This document shows, piece after piece, positions 44,323-52,710 of a stretch of 57,608 bases of DNA. A model generated the notes under the pieces. That model was not told the origin of the DNA, did no database searches, and saw only the letters and a program-made list of their open reading frames with translations. Source of the stretch: an uncultured Candidatus Saccharibacteria bacterium (GTDB lineage Bacteria > Patescibacteriota > Minisyncoccia > Phycocordibacterales > UBA10002); assembly GCA_964373775.1 (NCBI GenBank), contig CAYJWA010000001.1, positions 1-57,608 on the forward strand, read 5' to 3'. Within the stretch, counting starts at the first letter, position 1; each line of letters starts with the position of its first letter. Made by a program: the position numbers and the translations under genes.

Positions 44323-45135
44323 ATGCACACACGCACCATCGAGGACAGGATTATCAGCAGTTTCAACGCGATACGGTATCGGCTTGTAGAGCCGCTCCTT
44401 CTGTATTTTGCCAGGCGCAGGTACGCGAAAGAATATTCGGATAATGCCGACAATCCGCTCGTTACCATTTTGTTTCCCACTTATAATCGCGGACGGCTTG
44501 TGGTAGAACGGACTTTGCCTTCGCTTTTTTCCCAGACCTACCAAAACTTTGAGATAGTCATCGTGGGCGATGGGCCGACTGACGGGACTAAAGAATTGCT
44601 CGCGAAGATTCCGGACCCGCGGCTTCGTTACTATGAGATTCCGCACTATACGCAGTATCCCAAGGAGGTGAAGTCGCGTTGGTTTGTCGGGGGCGTCCCG
44701 CCACGAAATAAGGGTCTCGAACTAGCTCGAGGAGAATGGATTGCCGAGCTGGACGATGACGATGTCTTTACCCCAGACCATGTTGAGTCCCTTCTTCGTT
44801 TCGCCAAAAAGGGCGGGTATGAATCTGTTTCAGGTTTATGTATGGAGGAGAGGCACGGAAAGCATCGGGTGGTACCAGCCGAAGGCAACCCCCCCATCGG
44901 TGGAGTATCGACATGGCTCTATCGTTCGTATCTTCGGTTTTTTCGGTACAATATCAATAGCTGGAGAAAGGCCTATCACTGCCCCCAGGAAATAGACAGA
45001 TTCCGCCGCATGGTCAGTTGCGGAGTGCGTACCGGCTTTCTTGAAAAAGTTGTGACATTCGTCTTGCCTTTGCCAGGAGCTAAGACGGTTGGGTTGGACG
45101 CGCTTGAGATACAGACGGGGCAGAAGCTTCGCTAA
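44323..45135 (+). CDS. GT2 glycosyltransferase (paralog of 38919..39749)
   Basis: VTILFPTYNRGRLV...LFSQTYQNFEIVIVGDGPTDGT and WIAELDDDDVFTPDHVESLLRFAKKGGYESVS. Confidence 0.7.
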   Translation: MHTRTIEDRIISSFNAIRYRLVEPLLLYFARRRYAKEYSDNADNPLVTILFPTYNRGRLVVERTLPSLFSQTYQNFEIVIVGDGPTDGTKELLAKIPDPRLRYYEIPHYTQYPKEVKSRWFVGGVPPRNKGLELARGEWIAELDDDDVFTPDHVESLLRFAKKGGYESVSGLCMEERHGKHRVVPAEGNPPIGGVSTWLYRSYLRFFRYNINSWRKAYHCPQEIDRFRRMVSCGVRTGFLEKVVTFVLPLPGAKTVGLDALEIQTGQKLR

Positions 45136-45192
45136 GAGACGAGAGCAAGTTCTGTTGAAATCGCAGAGAGACGCAAGCGCACCCGCTTTCTT

Positions 45193-46290
45193 ATGGATAC
45201 GATTCTGACAAACGAGAAGGAACTGTTGGCAAAAGGCGACCGTTACCTCGCTTCCATTCTTCTGGCGATTAAACGGAAGGGACCTCTTGGTTTGTTCGGC
45301 GCCGGCGATTTGGGGCGGAGAATGAAGAATCTTTTCGAAGAGCGGGGAGTCCGTGTCGCGTTCTTTACGGATAACGACAAAAATAAACAGGGTAAGGAAA
45401 TTGCTGGTCTCCCGGTTTTTCCCCCAAGCGAAGCAGCGAAACATCGGGGTGTCTTTTTTGTTGCGTGTTCGGGAGATGCCCCGGTTATAGCAGAACAGCT
45501 GCAGCAGCTCGGCGTGCCGGAGTGCGATACCGAAATCTATTTGGCTTGTCAGGTTGTCTTTTACTCACACGCCCCGTTCCGGAGACATCGCAAGGAGCTT
45601 GCGGAGCTTTACTCGCTCCTCGCGGATGAGGCGTCACGGGAGACGCTCAGGCGCTTGGTTCTGTATGTCTATACATTAGAGTGGACTCATATCAGTGCGA
45701 TACAAGAGAGTCCGCAATATTTTTTCTCTGACACATTTGCTATTCATGAGGGAGAAACAGTGGTGGACGCTGGCGCGTACACCGGGGACACTGTGCGGGA
45801 TATGGTGGCGCGGTTCGGCGCGGTCTTTAAGGCGGCTCACTGTTTTGAGCCGAACAGAGAGAATTTCACTCGTCTGCGCGAGTATGTCAAGCACGCAGGC
45901 CTTGGCGGGAAAGTTGTTTTGCATCGCCTCGGGCTTTCAGACAAAAAAGAGACCCTTTGTTTTTCTGGCTCTGGAGTTGCTTTTCATATGGACCGAAAAG
46001 CAGGTAGGACCGGAGAGGTTGTTCGCACAGACACGATAGACCGTCTGTTTTCACGCCGCCCAGTGGATTTTGTTAAAATGGATATTGAAGGAGCAGAGCC
46101 TTGGGCGCTTGCAGGCGGGGCAGAGGTGATTAGACGCGACCGTCCGCGCTTGGCAATCTGTGTGTACCATGCTCCGGAACATCTCTGGACTATTCCGTTC
46201 TTTATTAAGGAGATTGTTCCCGAGTACCGTCTCTTTTTGAGGCATCACAGCGCGAGTACGCATGAGGCCGTGCTGTACGCGACCTTGTAG
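45193..46290 (+). CDS. FkbM-family methyltransferase with an N-terminal Rossmann-like domain
   Basis: VVDAGAYTGDT, CFEPNRENFTRL and FVKMDIEGAE. The N-terminus LGLFGAGDLGRR...FTDND resembles PglD/NeuD N-domains. Confidence 0.6.
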   Translation: MDTILTNEKELLAKGDRYLASILLAIKRKGPLGLFGAGDLGRRMKNLFEERGVRVAFFTDNDKNKQGKEIAGLPVFPPSEAAKHRGVFFVACSGDAPVIAEQLQQLGVPECDTEIYLACQVVFYSHAPFRRHRKELAELYSLLADEASRETLRRLVLYVYTLEWTHISAIQESPQYFFSDTFAIHEGETVVDAGAYTGDTVRDMVARFGAVFKAAHCFEPNRENFTRLREYVKHAGLGGKVVLHRLGLSDKKETLCFSGSGVAFHMDRKAGRTGEVVRTDTIDRLFSRRPVDFVKMDIEGAEPWALAGGAEVIRRDRPRLAICVYHAPEHLWTIPFFIKEIVPEYRLFLRHHSASTHEAVLYATL

Positions 46291-46313
46291 TATTCGTCTC
46301 TTTCCACAGTACC

Positions 46314-47075
46314 ATGAAGAATACCCGCATCATTCCCGCCGTTCATATCAAGGGCCCGAATGTGGTCAAGCCGGTGCATACCGAGGCATTGCGCGTGGTC
46401 GGCAATCCGAAAGAATTGGCGAGGCGGTATTACGAGGAGGGAGCCGATGAGCTCATCTATCTTGATATTGTCGCGAGTTTGTACCAGAGGAATCTGGATT
46501 TTGAGTTGCTTAAATCAGTTACCGATGGCATTTTTATTCCGGTAACGGTAGGCGGCGGCATCCGGAGCATTCACGACATCAATAACGCGCTGCGCGCCGG
46601 TGCGGACAAGGTCGCCATAAATACTCATGCCATCCAGCATCCGGAATTCATTTCCGAGGCCGCGAAGGAGTTTGGGTCCCAGTGCATTATTCTCTACATT
46701 GAGGCAAAGAGGCAGCCCGCGGGTCACTATGAATGCTATACTGACGGAGGCCGAGAGAAGTCAGGAGTAGATACCGTGGAGTGGGCGAGGCGCGGTATCG
46801 GCCTCGGAGCCGGCGAGATCCTTATTTCATCAATTGATCGGGACGGCACGCGGCGCGGGTATGATGTGGAACTCGTGCGGCAGATTACCGCGTTTGCGCC
46901 TGTTCCGGTTATCGCGCATGGCGGGGCCGGCAACTTTGAGTCCATAGAGCAGGTTATTAGGGAGGGGAAGGCAGACGCGGTTGCCGCATCTTCGGTATTT
47001 CATTATGAGGATTATTCGATTGGGGAGTTAAAGGAGTATTTGAGAAAGAAAAGAGTGAGTGTGAGAGAAAATTGA
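46314..47075 (+). CDS. HisF-like imidazole-glycerol-phosphate synthase cyclase subunit paralog (WbuZ/PseA-associated type)
   Basis: IIPAVHIKG, ADELIYLDI, VTVGGGIRS and VIAHGGAG. It lies in a glycan context next to the HisH-like protein and the amidotransferase. Confidence 0.75.
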   Translation: MKNTRIIPAVHIKGPNVVKPVHTEALRVVGNPKELARRYYEEGADELIYLDIVASLYQRNLDFELLKSVTDGIFIPVTVGGGIRSIHDINNALRAGADKVAINTHAIQHPEFISEAAKEFGSQCIILYIEAKRQPAGHYECYTDGGREKSGVDTVEWARRGIGLGAGEILISSIDRDGTRRGYDVELVRQITAFAPVPVIAHGGAGNFESIEQVIREGKADAVAASSVFHYEDYSIGELKEYLRKKRVSVREN

Positions 47076-47217
47076 CCTAATTATTCTAATTACTCTAAAC
47101 AAACCCCAAACACCAAGTCTGAATTTGGAATTAGGTATTAGACATTCCTTAGGTTAATTAGGTTAATTTCTTCACTATGAGTAATTAGACGAATTAGAAT
47201 AATTCGATTTCATTCTT
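47076..47217. repeat. AT-rich imperfect inverted-repeat intergenic element built from AATTAG/CTAATT words (copy E)
   Basis: cctaattattctaattactc (47076..47095) pairs with gagtaattagacgaattagaataattcg (47179..47206). Confidence 0.6.
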
Positions 47218-47856
47218 ATGAAATCCATCACTATCGTTGACTACGGCGTCGGCAATCTGCAGAGTTTAAAGAAGGCGTTTGCGCATGTTGGCGCGGACGC
47301 GCGGGTCTCTGAAGATGCGGAGGAGATACGAAATGCTCATGCGGTTGTTCTTCCCGGGGTCGGTTCTTTTGAGGCCGGCATGCGCGGACTCCGGCTCCGC
47401 GGGTTGATTGAAGCGGTAAAAGAGTTTGCGCGAAGCGGCAAGTCTCTCCTCGGCATCTGTCTTGGCGCCCAGTTGCTTCTTGACCGTGGGCATGAGTTCG
47501 GAGTGCATGAGGGGTTAGCCGTCATGGAGGGAGAAGTAGTTCGGTTCCCCCCTCTTTCCGGTAACGAGAAGATCCCGCAGGTGGGTTGGAATGCGGTACG
47601 GCAACCAGAGGGGGTATCCTGGAAGGGAACGATTTTTGATTCATTCGCGAATACAGAACCGGATGTGTACTTCGTGCATTCCTATATACTGAAACCGGAA
47701 AAGAACGAGCATATTCTCGGCGCGACTGTCTACGGCGGTTTCAAGTTTGCTTCTGCCATCCGACGGGGACGCATCTTCGGGACCCAGTTTCATCCGGAGA
47801 AAAGCGGCACGGCGGGATTGGAAATAATCAAGAATTTTGTTACGCTCGTTTCATGA
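47218..47856 (+). CDS. HisH-like glutamine amidotransferase subunit paralog (WbuY type)
   Basis: ITIVDYGVGNLQS, LPGVGSF, GICLGAQLL (catalytic Cys) and FHPEKS. Confidence 0.75.
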   Translation: MKSITIVDYGVGNLQSLKKAFAHVGADARVSEDAEEIRNAHAVVLPGVGSFEAGMRGLRLRGLIEAVKEFARSGKSLLGICLGAQLLLDRGHEFGVHEGLAVMEGEVVRFPPLSGNEKIPQVGWNAVRQPEGVSWKGTIFDSFANTEPDVYFVHSYILKPEKNEHILGATVYGGFKFASAIRRGRIFGTQFHPEKSGTAGLEIIKNFVTLVS

Positions 47857-49040
47857 AAGTAAAAAAATTAGACAAACAATTGGAGACACAACCGAAAAAA
47901 GTGCGATTTTGCGCGCGGTGCGTGGTCTCCAACCAACGGCCGCGCATCACCTTTGATGCGCATGGCGTCTGCAGCGCGTGCCGCTACACCTGGAAGAAAC
48001 ATCATGAAATTGACTGGAAGAAACGCGAGAGAGAATTGCAGGAACTCTGCAATCGACACCGTTCCACAGACGGCTCTTTCGATGTCGTGGTGCCCGCAAG
48101 CGGCGGTAAGGATAGCGGCTATACTGCTCATATCCTAAAAACAAAATACGGCATGCATCCGCTCTGCGTGACATGGGCGCCGTTTGAATACACGGACATT
48201 GGCTGGAAGAATTTTCAGAATTTCGTGAAGTCCGGATTTACGGTGCTCAATTGTTTTCCCAGCGGAGTACTGCATCGGAAATTGGCGCGCGTGGCGTTTG
48301 AGCTTAAGGGAGATGCCTGGGAGCCGTTTGCATTCGGGCAGAAGGCGTATGCGTTTCATATTGCGCTTACATTCGGCATCCCGCTCATCTTCTACGGAGA
48401 GAACGGAGAAGTGGAGTACGGCGGCTCTTTGAAAAATGCGGATAAGCCGTTTGAGTCGGTCGCGGACTGGGAGCATCTGTATTTTAAGGGTGCTGGCGTG
48501 GACGCGCTTCTTGGGGCGGGCCGTAAGCTGGGTATCTTTACCAAAGAGGAGATGCGAGATTCGTCATTTAATCTGTACCGCCCGCCGAAACTCCGCGACA
48601 TTGAAAAACTCGGTGCCGAGATGCACTGGCTCTCGTATTACCGCAAGTGGGTGCCGCAGGATAATTTTTATTACGCGCAGAAATACACCGGGTTTACCGC
48701 GAATGAAGAGGGTCGTTCAGAAGGCACCTACTCAAAATATGCAAGTTTGGACGACAAACAGGACGGATTTCATTTTTATCTCGCCTTCATCAAGTTCGGC
48801 ATCGGGCGGGCGACTTCTGACGCGGCGCATGAGATTCGCGATGGGCACATTACGCGGGAGGAGGGTGTGACGCTCGTGCGGCGCTACGATGGAGAATTCC
48901 CCAAAAAGCATTTTCAATGGTTTCTTGACTACCTCGGTATTGACGAAAAACATTTCTGGGAAGTCGTGGATTCATGGCGGCCGCCGCATGTGTGGAAAAA
49001 GGTGAACGGAGAGTGGAAAGTAAGAAAGCAGGTGGAATAG
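47853..49040 (+). CDS. N-acetyl-sugar amidotransferase (PP-loop ATPase, WbpG/WbuX/PseA-like)
   Basis: CARCVVSNQRPRITFDAHGVCSAC forms the zinc ribbon. VVVPASGGKDSGY is the SGGKDS PP-loop. ATGA overlap with the upstream gene. Confidence 0.75.
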   Translation: MKVKKLDKQLETQPKKVRFCARCVVSNQRPRITFDAHGVCSACRYTWKKHHEIDWKKRERELQELCNRHRSTDGSFDVVVPASGGKDSGYTAHILKTKYGMHPLCVTWAPFEYTDIGWKNFQNFVKSGFTVLNCFPSGVLHRKLARVAFELKGDAWEPFAFGQKAYAFHIALTFGIPLIFYGENGEVEYGGSLKNADKPFESVADWEHLYFKGAGVDALLGAGRKLGIFTKEEMRDSSFNLYRPPKLRDIEKLGAEMHWLSYYRKWVPQDNFYYAQKYTGFTANEEGRSEGTYSKYASLDDKQDGFHFYLAFIKFGIGRATSDAAHEIRDGHITREEGVTLVRRYDGEFPKKHFQWFLDYLGIDEKHFWEVVDSWRPPHVWKKVNGEWKVRKQVE

Positions 49041-49116
49041 TTTTTGAGTGAACGGTGAATGGGGTTGCGGTGAAGCGAACTTGATTTTTACCTTTTCGTT
49101 GCGTAGCATAGTTTCT

Positions 49117-50346
49117 ATGAGTAAGAATACTGACGATATAAAAAAGGTGGAAAGCGAGACGCTTGCAACCTTTCAGGAAGAGATTCCTTCGCAATACTTT
49201 TCGCATAAAAGCGAAGCAGAGTATCGGGATTATGTAAGGAACGCCGAGTTTGTTTATCGGGAGTTGTTCAAATTTCCTCCTCAGATGTTCCAAGGCGCGG
49301 AACTGATAGATTTCGGAGCGGGAACCGGAGAAAACACTGTGTACATGGCAAACTGGGGCGCTACATGCACGCTTGTGGAAATGAACTCCAAGGCACAGAG
49401 TATCTCAAAGGAAGTGTTTCAAAAATACGCGCAGAATCCTGACGGCCATACATTTATCTGTGCATCAATTTTTGACTATGCGCCGATCAATGACAAGAAA
49501 TATGACCTTGTTCACTGTAGGGGCGTTCTTTCACATACTGCAGCTAATGAAGTGGCTTTCCAAAAAATCGCGAACTTGGTTACACCGGGCGGGTATCTCA
49601 TTTTTGGAGACCCCAATAAGGCGGGGGGATTTCAGAATATGTTGCAGCGCTTTGCCGTCTATCATTTTGCTTCAACGCCCGATGAAATGGTGGCAGTGTG
49701 CGAACTTCTCTTTAAGGAAGACATTGACCGCAGCGAGAAATTTATTCCTCGCACCCGCCGCGCCATTATTTTTGACCGATGGGTGATTCAATCCCAAGAT
49801 GACCCTTCGGTTGCGGAAGTTATTGGTTGGATGGGTACGAGCGGCTTACGGCTGTATTCGTCATATCCCTCATTTATGCTGCCGTTAGTAAGTGATTCGG
49901 TTCATCATACGCCGAAGTTTGATTCAACATTGGTAGCTAACCACGGTGTGCTCGCTGAACTGGCGTGGATGTTACGGACCGAATCGGATAGCGAAGCGTT
50001 TCCTCAGTTAGTGAGCAAACTAGATCCGCTTTCGGCCGCCTTTGCAAATTTTACCTCATATGTAGCGAATCTAAATAAAAATACCAAGATTGATGCCGGC
50101 CGCTTCAAAGAATTATCGCGCGAGTTAGCACAATCTTCTGATTCGCTCAATTTTCTTCAGCTGCTTCGCGATAAATTGTTGCAGATTCTTATAGAAGCGG
50201 ACGAATTTGTCAGTTTGGTCCAGGAATCTGATTTGAAGAAACTTCGTAAGTTTATTGAAAACACTAAAGTTCTTTTTAAAAGCGCGTGCGGCGTACGCCA
50301 TGTTGACTTCATTGCTTATAAACCTATAGAAACCAATGCGAATTAA
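49117..50346 (+). CDS. class I SAM methyltransferase with a C-terminal extension of about 230 aa and unknown function
   Basis: LIDFGAGTGENTVYMA and YDLVHCRGVLSH. The ATG at 49117 is preferred over the GTG at 49048. Confidence 0.55.
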   Translation: MSKNTDDIKKVESETLATFQEEIPSQYFSHKSEAEYRDYVRNAEFVYRELFKFPPQMFQGAELIDFGAGTGENTVYMANWGATCTLVEMNSKAQSISKEVFQKYAQNPDGHTFICASIFDYAPINDKKYDLVHCRGVLSHTAANEVAFQKIANLVTPGGYLIFGDPNKAGGFQNMLQRFAVYHFASTPDEMVAVCELLFKEDIDRSEKFIPRTRRAIIFDRWVIQSQDDPSVAEVIGWMGTSGLRLYSSYPSFMLPLVSDSVHHTPKFDSTLVANHGVLAELAWMLRTESDSEAFPQLVSKLDPLSAAFANFTSYVANLNKNTKIDAGRFKELSRELAQSSDSLNFLQLLRDKLLQILIEADEFVSLVQESDLKKLRKFIENTKVLFKSACGVRHVDFIAYKPIETNAN

Positions 50347-51466
50347 TAGTCACAATGAATGGGATACATTGCGAGAAATTATTGTAGGCAGGGGAGACGG
50401 CCATGCTCATCTAGTTTTTCCGCATGGGCCGGTATCGGAAGAATTGCTTCATAGAGCGACTGCTTTGGCAAAAAAAGCTTTTCCGCAGTGGCTTATAGAT
50501 GAAATCAATGAAGATCTAGAAGGACTCTGCCATGTTTTAAAATCTTTCGGCGTTAAAGTGTATCGGCCGGATCTTTCTCACAACAATAAATTTTTTGCAA
50601 CCCCGTATTTTAGCGCCGTTGGCGACCATGTATATAACATGAGAGATTTACATTTGGTTGCTGGCAACACGGTAGTAGAGTCTCCTTCCCAGGAACAGCA
50701 TCGTTATTTTGAGGCGATGGGTCTGTATCCCATTTGGTATGAATATCTTAAAGAGGGTTTCCGCTGGATAGTTGGTCCAAAACCAAGAATTCCAGGAGAT
50801 CATATGATTGTATATACTGCTGACGGAAAGGATGGGTATGACGATGGGCAAAAGTATATCAAATTAAAAGAAGAAGAAATCTTATTTGAAGCAGCCAACA
50901 CGGTACGGTTAGGGAGAGACCTTTTGTATTTGGTGTCCAGATCCGGTAATTATCTTGGCGCGCAATGGCTGCAAACCGTTTTAGGCGATGAATACCGGGT
51001 TCATACCACTGATAAGATCTATCGTTCCAGCCACATTGATTCTACCGCTTTAGCCTTAAGACCAGGGGTGATTCTTTTGAATGGCACCCGGGTACATGAA
51101 AAGAATTGCCCGGAGATTTTGAAAAAGTGGGAAAAACTTTATTTTACCGATATTGTTCCCACTCCGGAAAGAACCCTAGATTTTCACGAAAAAGTCAGGA
51201 AGAAGGTGCATCAGAAACTTTTAGAAATGGGGGTAGACTCCGGTTTGGAATCGGTGGCTTCTCCATGGATTGGTATGAATGTGCTCTCAATTGATCCAAA
51301 AACGATTGTGGTGGATAAGATTCAAATTCCACTCATCAAATTCTTTGAGAAAAAAGGTTTTACCGCTGTGCCTATTAGTTTTAGACATTCTTATTACATG
51401 GGTGGAATCCATTGCAGCACCTTAGACACGGTTCGGGATAGCACATTAGAAAGTTATTGCGATTAA
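50336..51466 (+). CDS. amidinotransferase (glycine amidinotransferase / StrB1-like, GME superfamily)
   Basis: The N-terminal INSHNEWDTLREIIVG resembles the NEWDPL.EVIVG signature. The C-terminal GGIHCSTLD carries the catalytic Cys. Confidence 0.65.
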   Translation: MRINSHNEWDTLREIIVGRGDGHAHLVFPHGPVSEELLHRATALAKKAFPQWLIDEINEDLEGLCHVLKSFGVKVYRPDLSHNNKFFATPYFSAVGDHVYNMRDLHLVAGNTVVESPSQEQHRYFEAMGLYPIWYEYLKEGFRWIVGPKPRIPGDHMIVYTADGKDGYDDGQKYIKLKEEEILFEAANTVRLGRDLLYLVSRSGNYLGAQWLQTVLGDEYRVHTTDKIYRSSHIDSTALALRPGVILLNGTRVHEKNCPEILKKWEKLYFTDIVPTPERTLDFHEKVRKKVHQKLLEMGVDSGLESVASPWIGMNVLSIDPKTIVVDKIQIPLIKFFEKKGFTAVPISFRHSYYMGGIHCSTLDTVRDSTLESYCD

Positions 51467-51468
51467 AA

Positions 51469-52602
51469 ATGAATAAAGTTTTAGCAGTGATCCACGCGCG
51501 TAGCGGTTCAAAACGGATACCGAACAAGAACATTCGGGATTTTTGCGGCAAGCCCCTGATTGCGTATACGATTGAACAGGCGTTACGGTGCGCGTTTGTT
51601 GAGCGAGTGATTGTAGATACGGATTCGCCGGCTATTGCCGCTGTCGCAAAAAAGCATGGCGCAGAAGTTCCGTTTCTGCGCCCAAAACAGCTTGCCGCCG
51701 ACACCTCGCAGGTTGCAGATGTGCTCTTCTGCCTTCTCTCGCGGCTGAAAGAGGAAGAAGGGTATGAACCGACGCATGTGCTCATTTTGCAGACGACATC
51801 GCCGCTTCGCGAACAAAGAGATATAGACGCCTGCTTCGCGCTTATGGAACAGACCGATGCGACCACCGTGCTTACGGTGGCGCCGACGCATCCGAGGTTA
51901 TATCATCTCGACGCGGAAAAGAACCTCGTGCTCGGAAACAAGTTTGTTGTGGACTCCACCAATGTACAGGAATGGAAACCGGCCTACCTCCTCAACGGGT
52001 GTTTCGTGTATCTGGTCAAGACCGAGGCGCTGCTGCGCGAAAAGCGCATCATCACGAAACGCACCAAAGCGGTCATTTGCGACAAATGGCGCTCAGTTGA
52101 TTTGGATTCGCCGGAGGACTGGGTCGTGGCGGAGCTTTTGTATACGCATAGGGAGGAAATAAAAAAGAGTTTGGGACGCATTAAGAAACAGAAACAGACA
52201 GTACCGTCTGCTTCGTCCCCGTATAAAGATTTCGACGGATGGAATGAAGTGAAGAAGCACACGCATGCAGAACCGCCGCGTCTATATACCGTGCGCGAGA
52301 TTTGGTGGTGCCGGCTGGGCGAAAATGTCGGAACCGAACAGAACGGAACAGGGGATGTATTTGCTCGACCTTGCATTATTCTCCGCCCGTTCGGTCCAGG
52401 GGCCTGTCTTGTAGTGCCCCTTACTACCTCTCCGCGGGAGCACCCATTGCGTGTTCCTGTTGGGCTAGTTAACGGAAAGCAGGCTCGCGCGAATCTCTCC
52501 CAGATGAGAGTCGTTGATACACGGCGATTCACCCTTAAAATCGGTTTCCTTTCCCGGAATGCGTTTGATAAACTGAAAAAAGCCGCCGGAGATTTATTCT
52601 GA
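51469..52602 (+). CDS. neuA: CMP-nonulosonic acid synthetase (NeuA) fused to a C-terminal MazF/PemK-like domain
   Basis: Residues 1 to about 225 (LAVIHARSGSKRIPNKN, LQTTSPLR) match a cytidylyltransferase. Residues from about 258 to the end (EIWWCRLGENVGTEQNGTGDVFARPCIILRPF..CLVVPLTTS...ANLSQMRVVDTRR) align by eye with E. coli MazF. The reading frame is uninterrupted. Confidence 0.7.
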   Translation: MNKVLAVIHARSGSKRIPNKNIRDFCGKPLIAYTIEQALRCAFVERVIVDTDSPAIAAVAKKHGAEVPFLRPKQLAADTSQVADVLFCLLSRLKEEEGYEPTHVLILQTTSPLREQRDIDACFALMEQTDATTVLTVAPTHPRLYHLDAEKNLVLGNKFVVDSTNVQEWKPAYLLNGCFVYLVKTEALLREKRIITKRTKAVICDKWRSVDLDSPEDWVVAELLYTHREEIKKSLGRIKKQKQTVPSASSPYKDFDGWNEVKKHTHAEPPRLYTVREIWWCRLGENVGTEQNGTGDVFARPCIILRPFGPGACLVVPLTTSPREHPLRVPVGLVNGKQARANLSQMRVVDTRRFTLKIGFLSRNAFDKLKKAAGDLF

Positions 52603-52710
52603 CGACTCTTTTGCACTTTTTCCCCTCCGTAGGAGGGGCGAGGCCGAAGCCAACTGTGTTTCGATGCTAGCATATATCTTTAAGAAAAGCAAGCAAACTA
52701 ATGTAACCCT

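Noticed and set aside
52171-52173. In-frame TTG, 14 nt after a GGAGG, as a separate start for the MazF-like domain. The GTG at 52291 was also considered.
   Set aside because: The spacing is too long for a normal SD (14 nt), and there is no SD before the GTG. No stop codon separates the two halves, so the fusion reading is kept. Internal initiation cannot be excluded.
52620-52636. Perfect 7-bp hairpin cccctcc-gta-ggagggg after the NeuA-MazF gene, considered as a terminator
   Set aside because: No U-tract follows on either strand. It may be structural, but it cannot be called a terminator.
51984-52673. 229-aa minus-strand ORF opposite the NeuA-MazF gene. Similar antisense ORFs lie at 44836..45444, 55788..56417 and 56602..57210.
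   Set aside because: All lie opposite well-supported CDSs. They are R/S/P-rich and have no recognisable domains or start signals.
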